DNA from: Lama glama
Taxonomy: Eukaryota
Assembly: GCA_028534125.1 (NCBI GenBank)
Contig: CM052817.1
Span: forward strand, 95,544,001-95,608,000
Direction of reading: 5' to 3'
DNA: 64,000 nt
Part shown: piece by piece, positions 12,350-24,852 of the stretch
How the letters are laid out: each line of letters starts with the position of its first letter
Numbering within the stretch: position 1 is the first letter of the stretch
Made by a program: the position numbers and the translations under genes
The notes under the pieces: model-generated
The model's input: only the letters and a program-made list of their open reading frames with translations
What the model was told of the DNA's origin: nothing
Databases searched by the model: none

Positions 12350-13650
12350 CCTACTGGAATTTGGTTTCCATCCCCCACTTGTCACTGACATTGCATCCTG
12401 AAAGATCACCAGGGACCATGAAATTGGTAAAAGCTGGATGATTCAGCCTCACCCACCTCATCCCCCAGCACAGTTTCACAGGAAGTGCTCTAACTGTGGC
12501 TCCTCTGACTGGCGTGCTTGTCCATGACTCCTCTGATGCTTTCTTCCCTGTCTCCTGTGTTGCCTCCTCCTCCTTCTCCAGTACAGTTGGCATCTCCCAA
12601 GGTGCTGTCTTTGGTGACTTTGTTTTGTTGCTCTTGGTGTTATCACCCTCCCTGCTGGCTCCAGACATCACCTTTGTGTCTACAAGTCTGATCGTGATAT
12701 TTCTTCTGAGCTCTGGAATAAATTTTTCACGGCCTTTTCAACACAAGGATGTGTCCCATTCAGAGAGGAAATTATTGCAAGATACCTGGCAAGGATGCCG
12801 AGGACCGGCACCGAGATGTTAAGAGGGGAAGAGGACAGATTCATAAAATACTTGGCAGATAAAATAAGCAGGACATGGATGGATTGATTAGCTTCCTCCA
12901 AAGGAAGGAGGAAGAGAGAGGAAGAGGAGGGATTGAAGGGGGCCAAGTTGACCCCAAGTTTTGTGGCTCGAGTAACTTGGAGGATGGGTGTGCCCTTATT
13001 GGTCTAAAGAACACAGGATTAAGGGGCAGATGGTGACTTCGGCTTGGGATATTTGCACATCCCACCTCCCTCTGCCTTTCTTGTCTTTTGAGTCCTCCTT
13101 TTGTAGCTGTTAGAAACATCTTCCTAAAACAGAGGTCAGATCATTCCATTCCCCTCCTCAGAATTTCTTCTTAGCTCTTATTAACTAGAGAGCTGTTTAG
13201 ATGTGCAGGCTCCTTCACGAGGGATTGGAAGCCCTACACAAGCTGGCTTTGTTTGGTTTCATTAGAATCTTCTAGCACAACAGAACCCACCATGCAATTT
13301 CTCACCTTCTTGCTTTTCCTCAAGCTGTTCTCCCAATCTGGAGTGCCCTCCCCACTTTCCCTGCCTCTGAGAATCCTACTCGTCCTGTCGACTACAGTTG
13401 GCTTGTTACATCGCCCATAAAGCCTCCTGTCACCCCCGTTGGAAGTCGTCACTCTTTATTCAATATTTCCACAGCAATTTATATGTATTTTTCCCCTGGT
13501 ATTGTAATGCATTTGCTCAAACACACATTTCTTTGTTGGTAAACTTCTTAAAAGCTAGGAAATGTGTCTTATTTGTCTCCATTTCTCACCAGCTGCCCGC
13601 GCATGGCTTTCCACATATTTGTTGCTCATTAAATAATGAATGAAAAGGAG
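12350..13650. mobile_element. Old L2-like fragments
   Basis: Degenerate L2-type motifs (cccccacttgtcactgacattg; tttgttgctcattaaataatgaatgaa). Boundaries approximate. Confidence 0.45.
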
Positions 13651-15209
13651 AGAGTGAAAGGGGAGCCTGGGGGTTGGAGGGAGAAGTCATGAGTTGGATA
13701 GGCTTGGACTTGCTTTCGAACATGGCAGTGGGGGTGGAAACTTTGGGTTGTGGAGAACAGGTGCAGAGAATAAGAATGAGGGAGGCAGTGGGTTATGGGT
13801 AAGGAGAGAAGCTGATATTGAAAGACAGGATCCTGCCTATGGCCACTCCACCCTGAACCCGTCCAACCTTTTCTTAAAGACAGGATCCTGTGATACAAAA
13901 TCATACACATGTACAATTTAGCCTCCCTCACAGGCAGACAAGCCAAATTGTAAAGCCCTTCATAGGCAGGAAATTATTATTCGGCCCATTTAAACAGACA
14001 CGTGGCCTCTCTGTGTAACCAAGACTCCCGAATACTCACTTATTGCTGCTATTTTGTCTATTGTCTGATGGCATAAAGAGATGGGGTTCTGACTGATAGT
14101 ATGATGATGACCCATTTCTATGCCCGTTTATTTAATTGTAGAAAAGACGGGCAAGGGGATATTCTAATTAATGAGATTTCTTTGACCCTTAATTATTCTT
14201 TTCATATGTTACTCTTTCATCAACCTGTATTTATTTTCAGCAGCACAGAGGAAAAATGAAAAATATTATCCTTTAATGTTGTGAATCCCAGAATAATAAG
14301 AATTTATGGTCTTCCTTCTGGATGCTCTCACACAAACGCAGGTCTGGTACATTTATAGCCATGTGGTGCATGTGCTCTATGCATTCTTTGTAGATATGTT
14401 CTGTGCAACCATCCATCAGTCCAGGCTTAGTCCAATCTTCCGTTAGTAGAAGAACTGCTTGTTGTGGATTAGAGACGGAAAGAAACAGGTGGAATATCCT
14501 GAACACTTAAATTTTCAATCGGCTGTTTTCCATGAAGACAGGTAACTCCCTGTTCAGCTCCAGGTTCCTGTGGGAGACACAAGTACAAAGAAGATGCCAG
14601 GTAAATGTAATGTCTTTATTCCTAGATGAGCCTAAATGGCTGCCTACCCCTTAGTCTTACCCCGTTTGTGGTAAGCTGGGACGAATGAGAGCCACCAGGA
14701 TGCCTTTAGCCTGAGCTTGAGGCTGGCCACAGAAGCCTGGGGGATGGCTCCTTGACCCGGTCTCATTTGGGCTCTCGTGTGGCTTTCCCTGGAAAAGGAG
14801 GCTCTCTGAGGTGGGAGGCAGCCTATGTCCCTGTCAAGTGACTTCCCTTTAATCGAGTTCTAGAAGGGCTCAATCCCATTAGAGAAATCAAAGAAGGGAG
14901 GACTGTAAAGAGACTCTGCCACATCGAGGGGAGAGCCTTTCTTTACCTGCTTCTCCTGTGCCACCTCTTTCCTTCCTTAGCATCAGGACCCATCACTGCC
15001 TTGTCTCTGCCCACCTCCCACTGAGGGGAAGGAGAAGAGCTACAAGCTGACCTACTGGGTTGGATGTGTAGCCCACATTGGCTTGGAGGCTAAAGTGACA
15101 GCAACATTCATGCCAAATATCATTTTATCGGATACCAATTGTTCTGCATCTCCCAAACTTACCTTCTTACTCTAGTCTTTGCTGTAGCAACCAGCTCTGG
15201 TCAGGGGAC

Positions 15210-15615
15210 AGCACCTCCCCTCAGCTTCACCAAACATCTCTTGCTTTCTGCACCATTGGCTTCTTTGCCACCTCCATGGCTGCCTGGGGAAGTCAACTTA
15301 GCTGCTGCAAATCCTGGGCAAAGCTGGAAAAGTGAGGGAGTTAACACTCTCTGTGGCTAACCCAGCCTCTTCCTTCTTCTCTCCCTTGGGTTCTCAGTTC
15401 TCAGACACCTTCACACTGCTCCTCATGAGGGTGCCCAGAAGGACTCCATCCCAGTTGTTCACAGCAATGACTAGCTCGCCCGTGTCCCCTGGGATTGGCT
15501 TCCCCCTCTTACTCTTACTTGCTTCACTCTTTCTAGTTTCCCACTTTTGCTTCGGAATTGCTTCCCAAAATAAATCTCAGGGTTCAGCCTTTTAGAGGAA
15601 CCCAGAAAATAGACA
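15210..15615 (+). mobile_element. Old ERVL LTR16-like element
   Basis: gtgagggagttaacac near the start and 'ttcccaaaataaa...gaggaacccagaaaatagaca' end resemble the LTR16 family. Confidence 0.45.
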
Positions 15616-16141
15616 AAAGAGAGAGCGAGAGCAAGAGAGAGACTACAAATGGTGATTGAACCCATTGCATGGAGAATGTTCTAGCACATATTCTATTTGA
15701 AGTGGGACATAATGGGACAGGGGCTTGGTGATCCTTTATTATACACACTGAGAAGTGTGTGGACTGCTAATTAGGAATTACTGTTAAAATAAAAATAAGA
15801 GAACACTGAAGCCAGTTGGTGGTGTCTCCTATCTAGAAACCTTTGAGATTGGAAAGACATCATTCTGGAATTCAGGCTGGAGGATGGCTAGATAAATTAC
15901 CCTGGTCCCAGCCCAGTGTTTGCTCTTTTGGCCCCATTTGTCTGATGATGGAGATAGATCAGTTATTTCCCTGTGTTTTTGTAAAACACGAGGAGCCCTT
16001 CCATCCAATGGAAGTGCCTGAGAGCTTTCCTAATGTGCTCAGAGTTCACGGGCTGAGAGTCTTTCTAAACAAGCGGCAAAATAACAATATTTAGTATATT
16101 CTTGTACTGTATTAAAACTAAAGTGTCTTTCATTACCTGTT

Positions 16142-16266
16142 TCTTTTTAAGGACTTATTTATTTATGTGTGTGTGTGTGTGTGTGTTTTAATGGAGGTAC
16201 TGGGGATTGAACCCAGCACCGTGTGCACGCGAAGCATATGCTCTACCACTGAGCTATAGCCTCCCC
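16142..16266 (-). mobile_element. tRNA-derived SINE (vic-1-like) with (CA)n tail
   Basis: Minus strand GGGGAGGCTATAGCTCAGTGGTAGAG...GGTTCAATCCCC (A/B boxes); 13-bp TSD ttcattacctgtt at 16129-16141 and 16267-16279. Confidence 0.85.
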
Positions 16267-18742
16267 TTCATTACCTGTTAAAAGGAACCTTTTGCTTTTC
16301 TCCAGAAAACATTTGAAACATGGTGGGCAGAGAGCTTAGCAGTCACAATTGCATCAGTCACCTGGAGAAGGCTGGAAGCAGTCAGGTGGTGGGAAAAGGA
16401 GGGGGCACAGTCAGAGAGATGAAGATGGAAAAGGCAAAACCTTTCCTGCCCCACCTGGCTACCTCCTAACTCATCTAACCAGATTAAGTACCCACGGTTT
16501 GGTAAAATACATTTAAGCCACTCTTAAGATGACTGCAGGCAATCCAAGCATGGTGACTTAGTGTTTAATCAAAAGAGACAAATTTTAGACCTCCCAAACT
16601 CTGAAGTGGGCAAACAAATATTTTCAGCCATTTTTTTTTTTTCTCTCTTAGGTCTGTTGTGACTTGAAAATGTTGAGGTGCCATTTTTGCTATAACTGCC
16701 TTGCCAGGATTCTGCTTTGGGACCACTCTTGTTTCAAAAAGCTGACTTGCTTGTTTGGAAAGAGTCATGGAGTCGTCGTGTATTACATGTTATCTGCTAG
16801 GGTGGGAAGGGGTCTTTGAGATTGTATAGTTCAATCCTTCTTCTCAGAAGATGCTTCTGAGTCAGACTTTAAGCTCAGGTGATCTGACTCCACGGTAATG
16901 TCTTTTGTGGTGGAAAAATGTTATCTGTCACCCAGATATTCTTACTAAATAGAGTAGAAAGCCACCTGTAGGGACTGCCATGGGGGACAATAATTTCAAA
17001 TTGTTAATTGAGATGGATTCTCTGTTTCAGTTCTGTAAGTCTGTTGAAAACTAAGAACGAATTAGCTAATACATTCCTTAACTCTATCAAAAAGGAATCC
17101 CCAGGAGATACAACAATGGCTTTTCCTTTTCTCCTTTGCCACTCCTACCAACATGAGCGGGACTTGCATTTGTCTATTTTACAGATCCAGCTATCAAGAA
17201 AGGATGCTGCATAGAAGAACTGCTATCCCGTACAGAAGCTGTCCTGGTCACTAACCTGAGACCGTGCAGACTGCGGTCAAGGGAAGGACGGGCCCCGCGG
17301 TCCCAGAGTCACCACACTTACTTACCCCAGGGCCAGCTTTATGGGCATTTGCTTTCTTAGTGAGTTGGAGTTACTTGCAAAATGAACCTCGTTTTGTGTG
17401 AGTCTTCTGTTTTGAGACAGACGCATAAGGAAGAGTGTTGGCTGGGGTCTCCGGACTATCTGTGGTTGATGGCTCCTTGAATTGGGATCTGAATCCCAAG
17501 AGCATTCTTCGATCTTGTGATTTTGCTCACAGGTTCTAAGGCACTGTTGGGGAGAAGTCTAGTTTTACATTCTCCGATGAAAGTTTGTTTATTTTGTATG
17601 AGCCCCCGATCCCTTATGTCCCACTTCAAACAGACGAAATCACTCAGCTGTCATCCCCTTCTGTCCCTCCCTCCCCTTTTGTATGAGCTCCTCCCCAAGG
17701 TCTGAAAGCATCGAGGTGACTTGATTCTGTGTTTTGGCAAAGAAAGAGTCATGCCCTTCAAAGCCTTCGTGAGCCCCCACATGACCTTGGCCAAGCAAGA
17801 GATCTAATGTGATGCTTCTGGCTGTGGGTAAGGAGATACCAATGCTCATCAAATCTTGATATTTCTCCTTGCTCTCCTGTGACCAGCACTGCAACTCTAG
17901 GAAATGGTCAGGGACGGTTTCTAATGTACACCAAATGGGCCAATCAGCTGTAGACACATTATAGAAAACATGGCCTCGAGTCTTAAGCTTACAATCTGTT
18001 TATTTAACACAACAGTAGGAAAAGTATGCATGATCTTGGATTGAATTCAAACAGGGGCCCCATGGCTGGCTTGGAGATGGCCAGGTCCACACTGCAGTGC
18101 CCTCTAGGTAGTGAAGATGGAGGAGGATGGGGTCTGCTCTGTCATGGACGGCTCCCGTCCCAGCCACTCCTCAAAGTCGCTGGAGGCCCATTAACAGGGG
18201 AAACAAGTACCAATCTGATGATTAATTTCTATTTCTGGCTTTTCTCAACCAAAAGGAAAATGTGAGGTGGGTATGGAATTGAAGGAGAAAACTCTATACC
18301 AAATGAGAAGCTATGCAAAAAATAAAGAAGCCTGACTTGTTTTAATGTTTTCAATAAATACTAGCCACCCGCAAACAACCTGAGTATTTGAATCAGGTGG
18401 GAGAACTCGAGTCAATCACCTGAAGATAGTTATTGGATGAAAACACAAAGGGGAGAATGGTGTCTGAATAGTCACCGTCCACTTTCAAAGGGGCTGCTCC
18501 TATGTCAACGTCATTTTATAAAAAGTCAAGTTGATCTTTTTAAATGTTAGAGTGAAGCGGTTCATAATTTCTTGCAACGTGCCAAGGACGTTCTACGTAT
18601 AATGTGAATGTGAATAATAACGTGAATACATATAATGCAAGATGTGAACCAAAACATTCTCTTTTGCTGCTTTCTATTTTTCACCAAATCAAGAATTCCT
18701 GGGGAAGTTCTCTGATGGACAGAACTTTAAAACTGATTTAGT

Positions 18743-18808
18743 GGGGAGGGTATAACTCAGAGGTACTTAGCATGCATGAGGTCCTGGGTTCAATCCCCAG
18801 TACCTGTA

Positions 18809-18852
<44 letters not shown>

Positions 18853-18892
18853 ACCTAATTACTTCCCTCCCCCCGCAAAAAAACACAAAAAA
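18743..18892 (+). mobile_element. tRNA-derived SINE (vic-1-like) with internal deletion and (TAAA)n tract
   Basis: ggggagggtataactcag...gtcctgggttcaatccccagtacc followed by (aaat)n ~18811-18853. Confidence 0.85.
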
Positions 18893-19439
18893 GTTTTTTT
18901 AATTGATTTCTCTCTCTCTGCCTCAGTTTCTTTCTCTGGCACCTTCCTCTGAATGGTGAACTCTTACTGCATTTGGATAGATGATTACTTAGCTTGTAAA
19001 ACATACCATTTCCCCCCCTCATTAAAATCGCACAGTTGCCAAACTTCATTAAGACAAATGGAATTACTCATCTATTCCCTGCTCCCCTTCTATGGTGATG
19101 GAGTGAATAAAATGATATTAAGCAGGAGAGCATAAGGCTGGTGAGCACTTTGAAAAAGTCATGAAGTATTTTAAGGAAGGAGCCAGCCTGCAGCTGGACT
19201 GACTGATGGATATGCTCTCAACCTTCATGGCCAGGAATGATTTACATAGTAATGGTTTGCATTATGACCATGGCTCTTCAAAACTTGCATTTTGCAATAG
19301 TATATAATTAGTAGTGGACATTTCCTAAACTTTTTAAAAATACACTGAAAAAGCGAAAATTAGAACAAAGCAAGACAAACAGAACCCTGAGACTAACACG
19401 TAGCCAAGGATAGCACCCAAGAAAGAAAAAGAAACAAGA

Positions 19440-22400
19440 GTATAGCCAACCTTTTTTCTTTTTAATTAGAGTATATTATACTTCCAAACTGGATACACTA
19501 GAAATTGGCAATGCAACATAAGATGCAAAGGAATATACCAGTTACTGTCAAAATGACCCTGTACAGCCTTGTAATGCAAAAAAGCTTTATACAATACAAA
19601 TTTTCAGTAATGTACACAAACCTTGACAGTATGATCATCTGAACATAATATGAGGAGTTAAAAAAAAGGATAGAAGAAAGTTCTGAGAATTCTAACTGCA
19701 TTACTATATGGAAAAATAAGCTAGCTTTCATTGAAGAATGCATAGTGAAAACAGAATTGAAGTTAGTTGGCAGGTGAATATCTCAAAGATGTTAGTGTTT
19801 TACACGGAAAGGATATCTATGGAATACATCCTTCCCTGAGTATCAAACTGCAAACCAAATTCAGGGGTACATATTACCTGGGTGGAATCTGAAAAATGCT
19901 GTAGATTTTTCTTTATTAATAACAATAATAATATAAAAAGTCAAACAAACTCCAAACACACCTTTTCTCACTCAGAAAACTTTTATAATTTACCAGAAAG
20001 ACTGATGACTCTTTCCAAAGTGCTAAAAAACGTTGCCCAATTACATTAAGCATAACTAAGTCATTCAAATACAAGTTCAGTGGCAAGCATTTGAGCGGTA
20101 ACCATCTCCTTCCAACGCCCCTCTTGATCTTGCAGCTTTCACCCTAGGACCTTGTATTGCACAAGTGGCACACTGTAAAGTCTGCAGTCCTAATTGCCAG
20201 GGCCACCCTTCAGGTTTTTAACCTGCTGGTGCTCACGCCTCTCTGCCAGCCCCTGTGGGATCACCGTGGCCTCCTTTCCTGTTATCACTGAACTTGTAAT
20301 TTTGAAAGCACAAGATTAGCCAAGTGGCACATTCTCCATTAAATGGGGATAAAGACATGACTTTAAAATAAAAACACCAACAAACCCAGAAGCCCAGTAT
20401 TCTTGGAGTGTATTGTCTATAACTGTCTATAGTGTCTTTTACCGAGACATCACGAGGGCGACGTTGAATGACGTGTCAAACGTGGCCAAGAACAAATGTC
20501 TCTGCTGGAAGATGACCGAGGGTGCGGGAGCTTCCCGCCCTAGCTGGCTCAGCCTCCCTGCCCCTGGGGACATCTCCTTAGTGTAAACAGCTTTGCCAGG
20601 GCTGGATGACTGGCCAAGGGAAGTGTTAGCACACCTGCTAAGTCTGGGGGAAGAAGGGTGGGTACGGGGGAGGACCATGGTGTGGACAGAAGTTACAGAC
20701 TTCTGGCTTCCTGTACAACGGTACCAGTTTCAAGGGGGAGCTTTCAGTGAAGCAAACTGACTAGAGGAAGAAAATTAGGGACGCTTTTATTTTCCCCTGG
20801 TGAAACAGACGGAAAAAAAAAATCCCAACTCTAGGATAACACATGATGGAAAACAGCAACGCAGTAAGAAAGCATTCCTCCCATACACCAGTTCTTCGAT
20901 AGATAAATAATAGATACAACTTTTATATTCCAAACTTCCCATTGTTATACAAAGCACATTTTTTTTCCCTGCTCTTTCAGCCTGTTTCATCCTGGAAATC
21001 CTGTTGTCTTAAAAATACAAGCCATTAACATATTTAGCCAAAGATTCTGTTCCTTTTCTTCTTCTTACATACCCATTGCTTTTTAAGAACAGCAAAGGGG
21101 CTATGCAACCCACCCACACCTGCTTCTTGCTGCAATAAAGTGCTGCACATAAGTTGCCATTTTAATGACCACAAAATAAGAGCTTTAAATAAGTATAAAG
21201 TTAGCCTCCTAGCAGGTTATGTCTACCAGGCGTTAACAAAATGGAATACAGAATTATTAATAACATGGAGAATACCGCCATAGCCAGACAATCCGCAAAC
21301 ACAATGGAAACGTCTCAGGGGTATAAACTGAACCGTAGGACTAAACAGCACCTTTTTGTTGGGTCGTTATATGTCAAAGAGGTTGTGACAAAAGTTTCAA
21401 ACATACAGTCTACTCATTCCATAAAAAAGGTACATTTTCTTCCTTTTATTTTACTTTTTTCTTTTTTGCAGATGAGAAACAAAAACTAGTGCAAGACCAA
21501 AGCACTGTGCAAAACTGCCGTTTCTTTTTTTTTCTTTTTTTTTTTTTTTTTTAGTCTGAGCATTTATACCCAGAATTTATCCAAACCCCTTTTAATCTCC
21601 TTGGCTGGATTTATCAACCATAAAATTTTTCACTCATACAATTTTTCTTTTCCTGCAAACAAATGGTAACCATGACTTAATACATCATATATATATATAA
21701 TCTGCCCTTAAAAAATGATGCACTGTGTGTGTGTAGCATACACACTGCATACGTATGGACACACACACAAAACACTGGAGTTTTGTGATGTGGGCTGCAG
21801 TGCTGCGAGGTATTTCTTCCACACGAGGGCTCTTGATGACTAGTGTCTTCATGACCAGAGATCGGAGCACATGGTCTCCAGGACTCTTGTGGGAAATCTC
21901 AGGCAGCACTGAGGATGTCCACCGTTCCTTCATCGACTAAGCACCAGGCCCTACCACTCTGTAGCCATAAAATAGAGGAAGGTACTGAGGGAGCTCAGGG
22001 AAGTGACTGGCGTGGATGAAAGTCCTGGGGGGTGGGGTGGGGAGGGGAGAGAATGTTCATCGCTGTGAAAGAAGCCAGTACAAAGAATGTGCAAATGTCC
22101 CGGCACAGGACACACGGAGGTCTCTTTCCAAATCCACAAACGCCCACTCACTACATTCACCCAACGGAAAATAAAATGCACCGGTGTAGAAGCTTACAAG
22201 GGCTGATTGCTAGTAAGGACACTCCCTTCAGGGTTTAACGAGACAAATTTCCTTTCAGATAAAAGGACCGAGGAGGGCTGAGTGGGAGTGGGTGGCTGGG
22301 GAGGCATGCCTCTGAAGGTAGACGGGCGCAGTAGGTCACCTCTCTGAAGACTGGATAAAGCAGCTTTCAGGTCAATGCAATAGGTATACACACAGAGCCA

Positions 22401-22567
22401 ATTCTCTATTCCTTACTAAAGATATACAGTACACGTGGTTCAGACCCATGGGAGTCTGTAGGTTTTGCAGCAACATACACCTGCTGGGGTTGTGTTTAAG
22501 TTTTGTGGGTTTTGTTTTTGTTTGTTTTTGTCTGTCTCTTGGTTTTTGGTACAGAGCCTGGCTGCCC
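19440..22567 (-). other. ZNF827: ZNF827 3'UTR (~3.1 kb after the long-isoform stop)
   Basis: No recognisable interspersed repeats; AU-rich with many miRNA seed matches; ends at an ATTAAA signal with a U-rich downstream element. Confidence 0.7.
19461..19466 (-). terminator. ZNF827: Distal ZNF827 poly(A) signal ATTAAA
   Basis: Plus-strand tttaat; on the minus strand it is followed ~25 nt later by the U-rich tract ctcttgtttctttttctttctt. Further AATAAA at 19912-19917, 20786-20791 and 21445-21450. Confidence 0.55.
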
Positions 22568-23402
22568 TCAGACAGTCTCCGCTCTTTCTCTTAGTCCGAG
22601 ATAGGCGAGGAAGGAGTGTTTCGGGGAGGGGATGCTGGGCGGCGCAGTCTGAGGTCGGGGAGGGTGGAATGTGAGATCCAGCTGGTTCTTGGGGTACAAC
22701 ATGGTCAAGGGAATGAGATGGGCAAAATCCGAGTTCCGGTACTTGTCGAAGCGCAAAGGGGAGCCGTTCAAGGGCAAGGCCTTGAGTGCCAGGCTGGGCT
22801 CGGAGCCGCCCCCGCCCCCGCCCCCGCCGACGGCCGACAGGGCCACGGTCTGCAGAGCCTGGGAGGCGGACATGACCGACAGGGGAGACAGGAGGTGGCG
22901 GGAGCTCCCGACGACGAGGAGCGGGGCCCCAGGGCCGGCGGCGTCCTTGGCGGGGGCCGGGCACGGACCCTTCTTGTCCTCCTCGGGGCAGTCCGCGCTC
23001 TGGTGCTTCTTGACGTGGCGGCTGAAGACGAAAGGGTGCGTGGTCTTGAACAGGCACTCTTCGCAGCTGAAGGTCTGGCGCGGGGCGTGCTTCAGCTTCT
23101 TGTGCAGGTTGAGATTGTCCTTGCGTTTGCAGCTGTAGCTGCACTGGTCACAGTGGAAGGGCCGCTCCCCGGTGTGCACGCGCACGTGCTCGATGAGCTT
23201 GTTGGCGGTCTTGGACAGGTAGCCGCACTGGTCGCACTTGTAGTGGTTGCCGAGGCGATGCTCGCGGGTGTGCGTCTCCAGCTCCAGCTGGTTGGCCTTC
23301 ACCGTCTGGCAGATCCGGCACTTGTACTCCATCTTGTAGTGGGTCTTGAGGTGGCACTCCATGGCGGCGGGGCGGTTGGTGGAATAAATGCAGAATGGGC
23401 AC
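22568..23402 (-). CDS. ZNF827: ZNF827 terminal exon ORF: five additional C2H2 zinc fingers plus C-terminal tail (long isoform)
   Basis: Acceptor ccccctccccggcAG at 23404-23403; 835 nt = 1 + 278 codons to TGA. Phase fits the upstream exon (AA|G = Lys, giving LKCPFC). Five C-x2-C...H-x3/4-H fingers and a TGERP linker. Confidence 0.85.
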
Positions 23403-23780
23403 CTGCCGGGGGAGGGGGCAAGCAAGGACAGGGAGGGTCAGCCGCGCGGGCTCTGCGGTCCCCCGGTTGCTACCCGCCTCACCAGCCTTCCCTCTGGACG
23501 CCCTCCCCAGCCTGAGGCCTGGCCTGCCCCCTGTCCAGCCCAGCCCTGCCGCCTCCGGAGGGATGAAGAGGACCCTCTTAGGCTCTGGTTGCCGACAGAG
23601 CCTTCCCTCGGGCCTGCTCGGGGGTCTCCTGGCTGCAAGAGCGGACGCCAGCCCTCAGGAAGGGGAGCAGAGACAGTGCCAGGACCAGATAAGCTGTTGC
23701 TCCCCCCCATCCTCCCCGCCCCGCCCCTCGGAGCCCTCCCCGCTCCCCACTGGACACAGCCGAGGTCTAAACCTCACGAC
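22600..23780. promoter_or_regulatory. CpG island over the ZNF827 terminal coding exon
   Basis: Dense CpG and very high GC through the ORF and adjacent intron. Confidence 0.65.
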
Positions 23781-24852
23781 CTCCCCTCGAGATGGGAGCA
23801 ACACAAAGAATCGACTTTTCATGCACCACACCAAGCACACGCAGAAAGGCTAAGAGTTTTAAAGAACAGCTTATAGTGGGGAGAGCTACCTCCAGCAAAC
23901 AGAAAGTCGTAGGGGTCAGAGTCGTGCTTATTAAAGGGTGGTTAGGATGAGAAGGCCTGTGTGTGTCACTGTGTGTGGGAGTGCGTGTGTACACAGAGAT
24001 CTGTACTGGTCAAACCTGGCTCCTACAGCACTGGGTCTCCATAGGGAAGGGAGGTGAGGACCAGAACCTGGGCTCAGGAGAAGGAGGCCCACCCACCAGC
24101 CTACCTACGAATGAGGGACTCAGGAGGAAGGGGGACAGCTGCTATCTGGAGCTTGAAGACATTATGAGTGCCTTATTACATCATGGAAATAATAATCCAA
24201 GGGGATCGTAAATTCTCATCGGGCAGGACCATATCTCCCATTTCTTCTGCATTCTCTGCAGTGCTCGGTAGAGGACTCAGCACATGGTGGGTACTGATTC
24301 ACTACTGGACTGGTCTGTACACGTAATTTAGGCAGATTCCATAAGGGCTGATTTTGGTCCCAGCTCTGTCACCTTGTCGGGCTCTAGCTGGCTGTGCGCT
24401 GGGACCGAGCCTGGGCCTCTCCGTTCTACGCAGTGAGGCTGCGCTGCCCCCAGCCCCGCTGGCTGTCCAAAGGGGCGAGGCAGGCAGGGAGGGCATGTTT
24501 CTGCAAGTTCTGCTGAGCTGCGCTCGCAGAAGCTGCCAGGCTCGAGTCGGTGGCTGATATGATAGCTGTGGCGTGTGTGCTCTCTTTACAAAAAGAAGGC
24601 AAGTGCAAAAGTGGCTGCCTCGGCTCTCGCTCGGCACCTGCAGGGCAGGGCCCACGAGTGAACTGTCCTCGGAGGGTTTGGAGAGGTGTCCAGCAGAGCC
24701 CAACACACCAAGTGCACCGTGCACTGCTCCTCAGCGCCAAGCCCGCCGTTAGCCTCGGAACCTCAGCTCACAGAAGAGTGCACACGAGAGAAATATAAAG
24801 CCCATTCCCAGGTCAGGTGCACACACAACCCCTACGCCAAGCTGGGCCTTAC

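Noticed and set aside
22571..22582. C-terminal AETV as a class I PDZ ligand
   Set aside because: Position -2 is Glu rather than Ser/Thr, and the protein is nuclear.
22616..23515. 299-aa plus-strand ORF antisense to the zinc-finger exon
   Set aside because: Shadow ORF produced by GC-rich codon bias on the coding strand; no recognisable domain.
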